DNA from: a virus
Length of the DNA stretch: 34,691 nucleotides
IMG/VR virus record: IMGVR_UViG_3300028048_000053
Span: 1-34,691 of that record
Reading direction: 5' to 3' (one strand)
A program made the translations under genes and the position numbers. Positions 1-8,272 of this stretch are shown piece by piece. The notes below the pieces were generated by a model. The model did not search any database and had not been told where the DNA came from. It saw only the letters and a list, made by a program, of their open reading frames with translations. Every line of letters starts with the position of its first letter. Within the stretch, counting starts at the first letter, position 1.

Positions 1-15
1 AACCACCCCCCTTTT

Positions 16-39
16 AAAAAAAAAAAAAAAAAAAAAAAA
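16..39. repeat. homopolymeric A24 tract immediately upstream of first early promoter
   Basis: seen directly: 24 consecutive A at 16-39. Confidence 0.9.
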
Positions 40-49
40 TAAAAACCCC

Positions 50-78
50 TTGACATTTCCCGGGCGGTGTGCTATACT
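50..78 (+). promoter_or_regulatory. class I (early) sigma-A-type promoter TTGACA-N17-TGcTATACT; spacer contains CCCGGGCG
   Basis: -35 TTGACA 50-55, extended -10 TGcTATACT 70-78. Confidence 0.7.
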
Positions 79-126
79 ATAATCAGAAAGAGGGAAGAAA
101 CCCTAAAAGAAAAGGAGAGAGTAACA

Positions 127-336
127 ATGAAAAACCATTATGAAGGCAGAGAAATCGCAAGAGCGGTCCACGGTTGGACGATTGAAGAAGAAATTCAATG
201 GGAGATTGACCAATTGGAAACCGAAATCGATGACCACGAATGGTATTGCGACAACAAAGGTATTCCTTATGATGATGCGGAAGAAAAGGCAAGGCTTGCC
301 GAGCTTCGCAAAGAGCTTAAAGAAATCAGAGGATAA
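127..336 (+). CDS. hypothetical small acidic protein (69 aa)
   Basis: AAGGAGA SD 8-9 nt upstream of ATG 127; in frame with ORF 67..336; followed by hairpin terminator. Confidence 0.7.
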   Translation: MKNHYEGREIARAVHGWTIEEEIQWEIDQLETEIDDHEWYCDNKGIPYDDAEEKARLAELRKELKEIRG

Positions 337-352
337 AACCTCTGATTTCTTT
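327..352 (+). terminator. intrinsic terminator CAGAGG-loop-CCTCTG + ATTTCTTT
   Basis: perfect 6-bp stem then T-rich tract. Confidence 0.6.
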
Positions 353-362
353 AAAAAAGTGC

Positions 363-391
363 TTGACAATGCCCGGGCGATGTGCTACAAT
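363..391 (+). promoter_or_regulatory. class I promoter TTGACA-N17-TACAAT, CCCGGGCG in spacer
   Basis: -35 363-368, -10 386-391. Confidence 0.7.
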
Positions 392-401
392 ATAGACAGT
401 T

Positions 402-421
402 AAGGGAGCTGATAAACCCTT
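402..421 (+). promoter_or_regulatory. 5'-UTR hairpin family 1 (stem AAGGG/CCCTT, invariant loop AGCTGATAAA) upstream of SD
   Basis: same element at 1243-1260, 3380-3397, 4928-4947 with compensatory stem changes. Confidence 0.6.
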
Positions 422-444
422 GAAAACAGAGAAAGAGAGAGACC

Positions 445-570
445 ATGAGCATTGAGTATTACGAGATTATGAGCGACAATCTGAGCGACCTGCAGGACTG
501 GGCCGAATATGAGGCCGATATGGCTACCGACCCGTTCCAAGATGCGAACTGGGCCGACCGCATGGAGTGA
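445..570 (+). CDS. hypothetical small acidic protein (41 aa)
   Basis: ATG 445 after conserved leader; stop TGA 568-570; tandem terminators follow; shorter than ORF-track cutoff. Confidence 0.55.
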   Translation: MSIEYYEIMSDNLSDLQDWAEYEADMATDPFQDANWADRME

Positions 571-576
571 AGAGAG

Positions 577-645
577 AGAGGGGGGAAGCAATCCCCCCTC
601 TTTTACTGGCCCGCGCGTTGTCAGGTGCAACGCGCGGATTTTTGC
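577..645 (+). terminator. tandem terminator hairpins (GAGGGGGG..CCCCCCTC + CGCGCGTTG..CAACGCGCG) each followed by T-tract
   Basis: two GC-rich perfect stems followed by TTTT. Confidence 0.6.
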
Positions 646-720
646 TTGCAAGTGGGGTTTCGTGAATTTTTATACAAAAAAAATGAATAAAAATTTATGA
701 AAAAATTTTCACAAAACCCC

Positions 721-749
721 TTGACAAATCGCCCGGGCTATGGTATACT
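721..749 (+). promoter_or_regulatory. class I promoter TTGACA-N17-TGgTATACT, GCCCGGGC in spacer
   Basis: -35 721-726, -10 744-749. Confidence 0.7.
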
Positions 750-795
750 GTAGACAATGAAGGGGGCGAGACCCCCGAGAAAAGGAGTGCCAACT

Positions 796-1080
796 ATGAA
801 TATCCCTTATCATCTGACCATCCGCTCTAATGACCCCGACTGCCCGCAGACCATATGGTGGTTTGAGCAGGACGACTGCCACACCCTGGCCGAGGCCGAA
901 ATGGATGCCCTGGAAGAGGCCCTATATGTCCTCTGGGAGCTCGAACCTGTAGGCCGCGCTCCTGAGTGGATGCGTGAGTTGCGCAAGGTGGGCTGCACCA
1001 ACTTCCGCTACTGCCAGGAAGAGTTTGACGTGGTGCGCTGGGTGGGCGACCTGACCTACGAGGTCATGCTGAGCAGCTGA
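796..1080 (+). CDS. hypothetical protein (94 aa)
   Basis: AAAAGGAG SD then ATG 796, in frame with ORF 757..1080; terminator hairpins 1083-1146. Confidence 0.7.
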   Translation: MNIPYHLTIRSNDPDCPQTIWWFEQDDCHTLAEAEMDALEEALYVLWELEPVGRAPEWMRELRKVGCTNFRYCQEEFDVVRWVGDLTYEVMLSS

Positions 1081-1150
1081 GAGGAGGGGGGCTTCGGCCC
1101 CTCTTTTTTTGGCCCGCGCGCCACCGGGCCTGGCGCGCGGTTTTTGCATT

Positions 1151-1169
1151 ATTGTGCAGTTTGCACAAT
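1151..1169. repeat. perfect palindrome ATTGTGCAgtTTGCACAAT (operator-like) upstream of promoter; second copy at 6701-6719
   Basis: seen directly; both copies sit between a terminator and a TTGACTTTTTCC -35. Confidence 0.6.
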
Positions 1170-1201
1170 TTCAATCACAATTTTTTGTGCAATATGACAT
1201 A

Positions 1202-1230
1202 TTGACTTTTTCCCGTATCCGTGTTATACT
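1202..1230 (+). promoter_or_regulatory. class I promoter TTGACT-N17-TGtTATACT
   Basis: -35 1202-1207, -10 1225-1230. Confidence 0.65.
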
Positions 1231-1242
1231 GTAGACAGTTAA

Positions 1243-1260
1243 GGAGAGCTGATAAACTCC
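1243..1260 (+). promoter_or_regulatory. 5'-UTR hairpin family 1 (stem GGAG/CTCC, loop AGCTGATAAA)
   Basis: covaries with copy at 402-421. Confidence 0.6.
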
Positions 1261-1286
1261 GCAAACAGAGAAAGGGAGAACTTACC

Positions 1287-1490
1287 ATGTGGTATCAGAT
1301 TTGTATTTGTGGCAACGGATATGATGATTATGATGGAAGCGGTTGCGCTTTCTTTGAGAACCACGACAAAGAGACCGCATATAAGGCTTATGAGGTCGCA
1401 AAAGCCCTCTGCACCCTATATCCCGATACTTGGATTGAGTTTCGTGAGGACGGGAGGCTCATTGAGGAGTATAACACCTTTGCCGACTAA
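1287..1490 (+). CDS. hypothetical Cys-containing protein (67 aa)
   Basis: ATG 1287 after family-1 leader and GGGAGA SD; in frame with ORF 1221..1490. Confidence 0.7.
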   Translation: MWYQICICGNGYDDYDGSGCAFFENHDKETAYKAYEVAKALCTLYPDTWIEFREDGRLIEEYNTFAD

Positions 1491-1706
1491 ATCATTGACA
1501 TTTTAAAAGGAGGGGCTTCAGCCCCTCTTTTTTACTGACCCGCGCGTTGTCAGGTGCAACGCGCGGATTTCGCTTTAGCCAGGAGGAATAAGAATTTTTA
1601 TATAAAAAAATCACGTCTTTATGCGAGCTATTATATTCCTAATACTTGCTATTGGTAAAAATTTTTGTTATAATAAATATAGAAAAGCTGGAAAGTGGTG
1701 TTACTG

Positions 1707-2000
1707 ATGCGAGTGATAAAAAAGATAGATGATTTGGGCCGTGTGGCTATTCCAAAAGACATCAGAAAAGCAATGGGATTATTTAGTGGGGATGAAATCG
1801 AACTATTGTTCCAGGAGGAAGAAAAGCAGTTGATTATAAAGCCCTACGTATCAAACTATGCGAAACAGATTACAAAATTAAAAGAGGAAATTGCGGCCGC
1901 TCGGTCAGAGGCCGGTTTAACTGGTGTTGAGGATGTGCTAGACCTACTGGCGCAGGCCGAGGGAAAGCTGACTTCCATCGAATCAGATTTGCAAAAATAA
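1707..2000 (+). CDS. AbrB/SpoVT (swapped-hairpin) family transcriptional regulator-like protein (97 aa)
   Basis: N-terminus MRVIKKIDDLGRVAIPKDIRKAMGL matches the AbrB/MazE N-domain pattern; AT-rich TTGCTA-N17-TATAAT promoter upstream; paralog at 16794. Confidence 0.7.
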   Translation: MRVIKKIDDLGRVAIPKDIRKAMGLFSGDEIELLFQEEEKQLIIKPYVSNYAKQITKLKEEIAAARSEAGLTGVEDVLDLLAQAEGKLTSIESDLQK

Positions 2001-2052
2001 AAAATTTTTTGTATAATAATATTAGAAAAAATGAATAAAGGAAGTTTGTTCG

Positions 2053-2169
2053 ATGACCGTGGAATTAGTAAAAGCTCTTTTATTAATTGCTAAAGTTTGC
2101 ATGTCCTCTCCCAACTGTGAACAGTGCAAAATAAAAGACTTCTGTGGTAAGATGCCTTCTCAATGGTAA
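2053..2169 (+). CDS. possible small Cys-rich peptide (38 aa)
   Basis: AAGGAAG SD 8 nt before ATG 2053; 4 Cys; stop TAA 2167-2169; terminator 2238-2272 downstream; below ORF-track cutoff. Confidence 0.35.
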   Translation: MTVELVKALLLIAKVCMSSPNCEQCKIKDFCGKMPSQW

Positions 2170-2345
2170 GATTTGAGGGTGTTCGACACCGGCCGCGATG
2201 CGGTCGAATTTCACGGGAACAAACGTTCTGGAGTTTTTGTTTTTGAAGACCGGCCGCAGAAGCCGGTCTTTTTTTATCCCGAAACCCTTGACATTTATAT
2301 AAAAGTATGCTATACTATAGTCAAGCAACAAGGGGGCCGCAATTA

Positions 2346-2498
2346 ATGCATACTTATAGAATTTATTTCACTTTTGATTTTGAAAAAGTTACCCATAGCG
2401 TCGAGACTGGCAAGAACGCCCATGAAGCTATCGCCAAATTACAAGAGCGTTTTCCAAAACTTAAAAAAGTTTATTGTTACGAAGAAGAAAATGCTTGA
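2346..2498 (+). CDS. hypothetical protein (50 aa)
   Basis: class I promoter 2288-2316, SD AAGGGGGC, ATG 2346 in frame with ORF 2307..2498; next promoter overlaps stop. Confidence 0.6.
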   Translation: MHTYRIYFTFDFEKVTHSVETGKNAHEAIAKLQERFPKLKKVYCYEEENA

Positions 2499-2559
2499 CA
2501 ACAAGCACAAGATGTGCTATACTACAATCAGAAAGAAAAAAGAAAAGGAGATAATAAAA

Positions 2560-2733
2560 ATGATGACTGTTCGTGAAATGATGGAGTTTCTGTCCCGCTG
2601 TGATGGTGACGACTATGTTCTGCCCCGTTCCGGTTTTGACGAAGAAACTTTTGAGACTGAGCTGGCTGTTCAGGTGGTTGCCCGTGATGGCTCCGGCGTC
2701 ATAGATGGCGTCTACTGGACCGAAGAAGATTAA
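2560..2733 (+). CDS. hypothetical acidic protein (57 aa)
   Basis: AAAAGGAGA SD then ATG 2560; in frame with ORF 2374..2733. Confidence 0.65.
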   Translation: MMTVREMMEFLSRCDGDDYVLPRSGFDEETFETELAVQVVARDGSGVIDGVYWTEED

Positions 2734-2736
2734 AGA

Positions 2737-2766
2737 ATGGGGGAAGAAATTTCCCCATTTTTTTTT
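2737..2766 (+). terminator. intrinsic terminator ATGGGGGAAG..CTTCCCCAT + T9
   Basis: perfect hairpin plus T-tract. Confidence 0.7.
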
Positions 2767-2775
2767 AAAAAAAGC

Positions 2776-2804
2776 TTGACAAATAGCCCGGGGTATGCTA
2801 TAGT
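2776..2804 (+). promoter_or_regulatory. class I promoter TTGACA-N17-TGcTATAGT, GCCCGGGG in spacer
   Basis: -35 2776-2781; -10 2799-2804. Confidence 0.65.
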
Positions 2805-2838
2805 ATAATCAGAAAGCAAGAGAAAAGGAGATACGAAA

Positions 2839-3024
2839 ATGAGCGAGCTGAGAGAAAAACTGATTGACCGCATGATTCGGATTTACGGCTTTGAGAATAA
2901 AATCGTGATTGACTTCTGCCGATGCTGTGAGACTTTTCCGAATGATGAAGCACATGACAAAACCCTGCGGACGCTGGTAATGGTCCACGAAGAGTGTCCC
3001 GTAATTGAGGAGGAGGATGAGTAA
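2839..3024 (+). CDS. hypothetical Cys-containing protein (61 aa)
   Basis: ORF track; AAAAGGAGA SD; hairpin terminators 3005-3085. Confidence 0.7.
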   Translation: MSELREKLIDRMIRIYGFENKIVIDFCRCCETFPNDEAHDKTLRTLVMVHEECPVIEEEDE

Positions 3025-3212
3025 TCCTCCTCATTTTTTGCATAATTATGCGGCCGCGCGCCACCGGCCCTAGCGCGCGGTTTTTGCATAAATATTCACT
3101 TTTCAGCAATTTTTTGTATAAATATTCATTGTAACACTTTGTAACCATTTTCCCAAAAAACTGTAACTATTTTGTTATTGACTTCTGGCTTACTTTGTGC
3201 TATACTTTAATC

Positions 3213-3315
3213 AAGGTTGAGGGGCGAAAACAAGATAACAACAGGGACTTGTAACTGCCCGATAAAGAAAAGATAGAAAAGGACTTTTCCAGCTATCCCC
3301 GCCCCTCAAAAAACT
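3213..3315 (+). ncRNA. candidate sRNA: promoter (TTGACT 3178-3183, TATACT 3201-3206) to structured ~100-nt transcript with no ORF
   Basis: long-range pairing GAGGGGCG(3218)...CGCCCCTC(3298); no start codon or SD. Confidence 0.35.
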
Positions 3316-3379
3316 TGAAAAAAATGAAAAAAAGGCTTGACAAACTCAAAAAGGTATGCTATAATAAGAGCGTAATCAA

Positions 3380-3397
3380 GGAGAGCTGATAAACTCC
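3380..3397 (+). promoter_or_regulatory. 5'-UTR hairpin family 1 (GGAG/CTCC, loop AGCTGATAAA)
   Basis: identical to 1243-1260 element. Confidence 0.6.
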
Positions 3398-3421
3398 ACA
3401 AACAGAGAAAAGGAGAAAATT

Positions 3422-3631
3422 ATGAAGATGCGTGCTACTACTAAGGCGGCTATTCAGGCCCTTATCGACAACAAGGCTGAGGTCTACCGCTGGACTGATG
3501 CCGAGGGATGGAGCGTCATCAACACCCCGGCATATGGCGTGTCCATGAGCACTCTGCGCAAGTACGCCACCTATGACAAGCGGCCCTATGGTGAGGGCGA
3601 GATGCTGACCGTCACGGGGTGGAGGGAGTAA
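3422..3631 (+). CDS. hypothetical protein (69 aa), paralog of 4972-5181
   Basis: ORF track; about 70 percent identity to the 4972 product (MKMRATTKAAIQALIDNK.. versus MKMKITTKKAIQTLIDNK..). Confidence 0.75.
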   Translation: MKMRATTKAAIQALIDNKAEVYRWTDAEGWSVINTPAYGVSMSTLRKYATYDKRPYGEGEMLTVTGWRE

Positions 3632-3886
3632 TCTTTCCACCATATATAGAGGCCATTCCCACTAAGCGAGAAGCCGTGGCCAGGAGGAAATAACGAAAAG
3701 GGATAAATACTCCAAAATGTCAACTTCTCATAGGAGGGGGGCTCTTGCCCCTCTCCTTTTCTACTCACCCTCGCGCTTTCTGACGCCAGCGCGAGGAGTT
3801 TAGATTTATATATAGATTACACAATTTTTACCCTATTTTTTTGTGCATATTGTCTACTTGATTTTTTCCTGCATCTATGCTATACT

Positions 3887-3995
3887 TTAATCATCAAGGG
3901 GCGGTGACGCTGACCGGCGGGAAGCAGATACCAAGGTAGCTACAAAGGAAAACAGAAACACGGCTTGTGAAGACACACCGACAAAATTTTTTGGA
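3887..3995 (+). ncRNA. candidate sRNA cassette (promoter TTGATT 3858-3863 / TATACT 3881-3886, no ORF)
   Basis: promoter consensus then ~100 nt lacking an ORF, ending in a hairpin plus T6. Confidence 0.3.
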
Positions 3996-4047
3996 GAAAT
4001 TCAAAAAACCCCTTGACAAACCCATGAAAGTGTGCTATAATAAAGGC

Positions 4048-4373
4048 ACAAGGTCAAGAGGGGAACCGAACAGGACGAAGTAAGGCACCGCGGATGACCC
4101 GAAAAGCGACGAGAGGTTGATAAAAGCTTGATACCCTCTTGACTGTCCACTTAAATAGCACTTCAACTATCAGGCAGACGGAGGTGTCGGAAAGATGTTT
4201 ACGAGCGGATTTCTGTAGCAACTGAATAAGCTGTAGAAAAACGTAAATGTAGGAACGGAGGCAGCTTCTAATGTATTGGTCTGGATTTGTGTAGCTACAA
4301 TTAAATGATGTGTTTTCGATAGGCCGGGACGATGCTTGCGCCCCGGCCTATCGCCCGGGCAAAAAACTTTTTT
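4048..4373 (+). ncRNA. candidate ~300-nt non-coding transcript (promoter TTGACA 4013-4018 / TATAAT 4036-4041) ending in a 12-bp perfect hairpin terminator (4310-4347) + GCCCGGGC + T-tract
   Basis: no ORF with SD on + strand; the minus-strand ORF 4170..4694 spans promoters and terminators and is judged spurious. Confidence 0.35.
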
Positions 4374-4445
4374 CAAAATACTATTGACAAGCTCGGAATA
4401 ATCTGCTATACTGTATTCAGAAAGAAACGAAAGGGGAATTTCAAA

Positions 4446-4637
4446 ATGTACACACTGAGTATTTACACCTATGAAATCAGCGACTATAACCGCCTTGACC
4501 TGTATATCAGCGGTTGCGAAGCGGCCTATGCCGCTTTCCGTAAGGCTTGCGAGCTTGCCGACCTCACGGGCGCTTTCGTGAGCCTGTGGGATAACGACAC
4601 GGGCGAGGTCGTTGCGGACAATGGGGAGGATGAGTAA
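4446..4637 (+). CDS. hypothetical protein (63 aa)
   Basis: class I promoter 4384-4415; ATG 4446 in frame with ORF 4332..4637; terminators follow. Confidence 0.7.
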   Translation: MYTLSIYTYEISDYNRLDLYISGCEAAYAAFRKACELADLTGAFVSLWDNDTGEVVADNGEDE

Positions 4638-4680
4638 TCCTCCCCATTGTCTACTGGCCCGAGCGCCCACGGCCCAGGCG

Positions 4681-4733
4681 CTCGGTTTTTGCATAAATAT
4701 TCAGTTTTGGGTGAATTTTTGCATAAATATTCA
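4681..4733. repeat. GCATAAATATTCA direct repeats flanking a 12-bp inverted repeat (TTTTGGGTGAAT / ATTCACCCAAAA)
   Basis: GCATAAATATTCA-like copies also at ~3070, 3107, 5520, 5554, 5583. Confidence 0.6.
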
Positions 4734-4801
4734 CCCAAAAATTTTTCAACTTTTTTCACAAAACCTATTGACATTTCAGAAAAACCTGCTATAATAGGTA
4801 G

Positions 4802-4880
4802 TGTCAAGGGGAGAAGAAAACAACCTCTCACAGGCGCGTAACCTGTTGTAAGTAAAATAAAATCTCTCATAAAAATGTAA
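4802..4880 (+). ncRNA. candidate short transcript from promoter TTGACA 4768-4773 / TATAAT 4790-4795 with no ORF
   Basis: hairpin ACAGG-cgcgtaa-CCTGT; no SD or ATG. Confidence 0.25.
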
Positions 4881-4927
4881 AAAACCCCTTGACAATTCCC
4901 CGTAAGTGTGTTATACTTAAACCATCA

Positions 4928-4947
4928 AAGGGAGCTGATAAACCCTT
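4928..4947 (+). promoter_or_regulatory. 5'-UTR hairpin family 1 (AAGGG/CCCTT, loop AGCTGATAAA)
   Basis: identical to 402-421 element. Confidence 0.6.
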
Positions 4948-4971
4948 GAAAACAGAGAAAAGGAGAACGCT

Positions 4972-5181
4972 ATGAAAATGAAGATTACGACTAAAAAGGC
5001 TATCCAGACCCTCATTGACAACAAGACCCCCATTTTCCGCTGGACTGATGCGGACGGGTGGAGCGTCATTGATACCGCCGCATATGGCGTGTCCATGAAA
5101 ACTCTGCGCAAATATGCCACCTATACCAAAACCCCCTGCGAGGGCGGCGAGATGCTGACCGTCATCGGGTGGAAAGAGTAA
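4972..5181 (+). CDS. hypothetical protein (69 aa), paralog of 3422-3631
   Basis: ORF track; family-1 leader; AAAAGGAGA SD. Confidence 0.75.
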   Translation: MKMKITTKKAIQTLIDNKTPIFRWTDADGWSVIDTAAYGVSMKTLRKYATYTKTPCEGGEMLTVIGWKE

Positions 5182-5215
5182 TCCGCCCTCACATATGAAA
5201 GGAGATATATTCGAT

Positions 5216-5419
5216 ATGGAAAACAGCAGAAAGAATACCTACAAGGGAGCTTCCATTTGCACCATCCTCACTATCCTCTTCGTCATCCTCAAACTGACCG
5301 GCGTGATTGCCTGGCCCTGGTTCTGGGTGCTGTTCCCGCTGATTCTTGACCTCGGCCTCGCCCTCATCATTCTGATCGTCATCATGGTCGTCAAGATTAT
5401 CGCCTTGAAACGCAACTGA
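5216..5419 (+). CDS. small membrane protein, 2 predicted TM helices (67 aa)
   Basis: GAAAGGAGA SD; ATG 5216 in frame with ORF 5195..5419; hydrophobic core ICTILTILFVILKLTGVIAWPWFWVLFPLILDLGLALIILIVIMVV. Confidence 0.65.
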   Translation: MENSRKNTYKGASICTILTILFVILKLTGVIAWPWFWVLFPLILDLGLALIILIVIMVVKIIALKRN

Positions 5420-5463
5420 CTACAATTTGAGAGGGGCTTTTGCCCCTCTCCTTTTCTTGCTTC

Positions 5464-6050
5464 AGCACTTTAACGATTTAAAGCGCTGAAGTTCAGCCGG
5501 GCGCCCGCGGTCCAAGCGCCCGGCTTTTGCATAAATATTCAGTTTTCAATGAATTTTTGCATAAATATACATACATTTTCTGCATAAATATTTTCACAAA
5601 ACCTCTTGACAGATTGCACGGGCTATGCTATAATACAATCAGAAAGCAAGAGAAAAGGAGGTAAAAAACATGAAATACTTTATTCACACCTATGACTGGA
5701 ATTTTGATACGATGGAACGGAAGCATGAAGTTAAAGAAATTAACCATCAAGAGCTTGCGGAACTTGTGCAATACCAAGAGGAAACCGCCTTTGACTACAA
5801 GTGGAATGAATTGAAACTTATCAAAATGACTGATACGGAAATGCACTTCGTGCTTAACAAGAAAACCAAATTAAATTATTAATCTTAAAAAAAGGTAAAA
5901 GAGGGGGATTGCTCCCCCTCTCTTTTTAAGGCAAACACTTTAACGATTTAAAGTGCTGAAGTTCAACCGGGCGCTTTCCCACGCAGCGCCCGGTTTTTCA
6001 ATTTAAATGGTTAAAGCGTAATTTTTGCCGCACTTTAACCATTTAAAGTG
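5464..6050. repeat. three copies of palindrome GCACTTTAA-N4-TTAAAGTGC (5464-5489, 5937-5955, 6031-6050)
   Basis: seen directly; each follows a gene terminator. Confidence 0.6.
5670..5882 (+). CDS. hypothetical protein (70 aa)
   Basis: class I promoter 5608-5640; AAAAGGAGG SD; ORF track. Confidence 0.7.
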   Translation: MKYFIHTYDWNFDTMERKHEVKEINHQELAELVQYQEETAFDYKWNELKLIKMTDTEMHFVLNKKTKLNY

Positions 6051-6138
6051 CTAAATCGCTAAATCCCAAAACATAAGTTCTGCTTATACCTGGATTGAAG
6101 TATTAGTACAGCGAATAGATAAAAATTTCAAAAAAGGC

Positions 6139-6167
6139 TTGACAAATTGCCCGGGCTATGGTATACT
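6139..6167 (+). promoter_or_regulatory. class I promoter TTGACA-N17-TGgTATACT, GCCCGGGC in spacer
   Basis: -35 6139-6144; -10 6162-6167. Confidence 0.7.
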
Positions 6168-6198
6168 CTAATCAAGATAAGACAAGGGGGAAACACCA

Positions 6199-6645
6199 AT
6201 GAAGAAAATTACTTGCAATCCTGTTACCACCTTCAAGAACAAGGGCGACAATCGGGAATGTGCTTTCGGCAACTATATCGGCATGAGCAAGGCATATCAC
6301 GATGATTTGAATTGCTTTGACGCTTCTGACTTCGTAAAGGGCGATATGCGGTACTCTGTCAAAGGTGACGGTTTCACTCTTATGAGCGGATATCTTGCCC
6401 CTGGGGCTGATTCTTTCGATGCTATATGGGCCGTGTTCCGTACTAAGGTTCATAGCAACTGTTTCGTCTATGTAGACGCTGATTTCAACGCCTATATGAT
6501 GAACATTGATGAGTTTGAGAGCTTCGTTTATATGTTCGGCTATATGGCAAAGGAAAGCGACAAGAACGGCGGCGGATGGAAAATCCGTTGCAAGCACGAA
6601 AGCAAAAAAATGGTCAGGTGGCTGTCCGAAAGGGTGGCCGCCTGA
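6199..6645 (+). CDS. hypothetical protein (148 aa)
   Basis: ORF track; SD AAGGGGGA; tandem terminators 6635-6700. Confidence 0.7.
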   Translation: MKKITCNPVTTFKNKGDNRECAFGNYIGMSKAYHDDLNCFDASDFVKGDMRYSVKGDGFTLMSGYLAPGADSFDAIWAVFRTKVHSNCFVYVDADFNAYMMNIDEFESFVYMFGYMAKESDKNGGGWKIRCKHESKKMVRWLSERVAA

Positions 6646-6700
6646 CCCCCCTCTTTTTTTGGCCCTCGCGCCACCGGGCCTGGCGCGAGGATTTCGCATT

Positions 6701-6719
6701 ATTGTGCAGGTTGCACAAT
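6701..6719. repeat. palindrome ATTGTGCAggTTGCACAAT (second copy of 1151-1169 operator-like site)
   Basis: seen directly. Confidence 0.6.
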
Positions 6720-6816
6720 TTTTGCCCCGATTTTTTGTGTATATTGCAGGATTGACTTTTTCCCAGAAGTGTGCTATACTTTAAACAATCCAAGAGGAAA
6801 GGAAAGTCGAAAATTG

Positions 6817-7266
6817 ATGCAGACTATTTACTTTGACATGGACGGCACGCTTGCCGACCTCTATAGTGTCTTTAACTGGCTGGGCAAACTGCGCTCTGAG
6901 GATGCAACCCCCTATATGGACGCCAAGCCCTTAATCCGCATGGCTCTGCTTGCCCGCCTTTTGAATGGCCTGCAAAAGCAGGGGTATCAGATTGGGATTA
7001 TCTCCTGGCTCAGCAAAGAATCTTCACGGGCATATGAGGTAGAGGTCTCTATTGCCAAGGAAGAGTGGCTGAAAAAGCATCTGCCGAGCGTGACTTGGGA
7101 TAAGATGCATTTCATTCCATATGGAGTTCCCAAGGCCGAGGCCGCAAACATTCAGCCGTTCGATATTCTGTTCGATGATGAACAAGCCAATATCGAAGCA
7201 TGGGAGCGCGCAGGTGGATGGGGCTTTTCCCCCGATAAAATCTTTGAAACTCTGCGGGGAATGTGA
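6817..7266 (+). CDS. HAD-superfamily hydrolase, 5'(3')-deoxyribonucleotidase-like (149 aa)
   Basis: N-terminal motif FDMDGTLADL matches HAD motif I as in the NT5C family; ATG 6817 in frame with ORF 6769..7266. Confidence 0.6.
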   Translation: MQTIYFDMDGTLADLYSVFNWLGKLRSEDATPYMDAKPLIRMALLARLLNGLQKQGYQIGIISWLSKESSRAYEVEVSIAKEEWLKKHLPSVTWDKMHFIPYGVPKAEAANIQPFDILFDDEQANIEAWERAGGWGFSPDKIFETLRGM

Positions 7267-7375
7267 GGGGGTATATCCCCCTTCACCTCTCGCCCGGGCA
7301 AAAAATTTTTTCAAAATACTATTGACTTTTCAAATAAGATGTGCTATACTACCAATAGAAAGAGAGGTTAGGAAA

Positions 7376-7522
7376 ATGAAAAAGAAAGAAGTTAATGCTT
7401 ATAAGAAAATGACCCCCGAACAGCTTGCGGCGTTCCTTGCGCTTCGCTGCCGTGGCGGCATAGTCCCCGCAAAAAAGGGCAAGGGTAGCTATAAGCGGAG
7501 TGAGTTTAAGAAAGGGGAATAA
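7376..7522 (+). CDS. small basic protein (48 aa)
   Basis: class I promoter 7324-7355; ATG 7376 in frame with ORF 7121..7522. Confidence 0.5.
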   Translation: MKKKEVNAYKKMTPEQLAAFLALRCRGGIVPAKKGKGSYKRSEFKKGE

Positions 7523-7525
7523 AAT

Positions 7526-7720
7526 ATGCAAATATTTGGTATAGACTGGTGTGAAAATTTTTGGGATGGAAATACCTCCCATGTTTGGGGTCGTATTTAT
7601 AAAAGATACAGCCCCTATAAAAAGAAATCCTATTCATATTTCTGGATTCGCCACAAAAAGAAAAACAAGACCTTTTATCGTATTACCAATAATTTTTTCA
7701 TTGAAAGAGGTAAAAGATGA
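7526..7720 (+). CDS. hypothetical Lys/Tyr-rich protein (64 aa)
   Basis: AAGGGGAA SD then ATG 7526; ORF track. Confidence 0.5.
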   Translation: MQIFGIDWCENFWDGNTSHVWGRIYKRYSPYKKKSYSYFWIRHKKKNKTFYRITNNFFIERGKR

Positions 7721-7850
7721 AAAATAGAGTTGCCCTTTTGGGTGACCCTATTTTTCGCCCGGGCGAATTTTTTTTATAAAACCTATTGACAAACTTGGCG
7801 CAATGTGCTATAATCACTATAGAAAGTTAAGAAAAAAGGAGATAATAAAA

Positions 7851-8045
7851 ATGAAAATCAAAGTTACCTATTACATCCCTGTGGAAAGAGAAATTGAAAT
7901 GACCCCCGAAGAATATTGTCTGTTCCATGCGGACGGTAAACTGCACGGTGAAAAGGTAATTCCCGATAATGCCATCTATGAAGATGTGACCCTGCCGGAA
8001 GAAGCCATAGAAGAGCTGACTGAATATTTTTATAAAAATTTTTAA
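7851..8045 (+). CDS. hypothetical acidic protein (64 aa)
   Basis: class I promoter; AAAAGGAGA SD; in frame with ORF 7803..8045; 10-bp hairpin terminator 8072-8110. Confidence 0.7.
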   Translation: MKIKVTYYIPVEREIEMTPEEYCLFHADGKLHGEKVIPDNAIYEDVTLPEEAIEELTEYFYKNF

Positions 8046-8272
8046 CATTATAGGAATCCCGGGCGCTCACCCTCGCGTGCCCGGGCGCCACGCGAGGGAT
8101 TCGGTTTTTTATGCAGTTTTGGCAAATTTTTTGCATAAAAATTCACCCCATAAAATTTTGATTTTTTTCCTAAAAAAGGCTTGACATTTTCATCCCCATG
8201 TGCTATAATGTGTATGCAATCGAGGGAGGGACGCCAACCCTGGTTAGCATTTTTGAAAGGATTTGATGCACT

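Noticed and set aside
67-336. ORF starts reading MCYTII... (also at 6769, 7803, 10276, 14816 and others)
   Set aside because: The ATG lies inside the promoter element gATGTGCTATACT (extended -10). The true starts are the downstream SD-led ATGs in the same frame.
4170-4694. 174-aa minus-strand ORF (and the similar 6172..6699 minus ORF)
   Set aside because: Both span promoters, the GCCCGGGC sites and terminator hairpins of the + strand cassettes, so they are not coherent genes.
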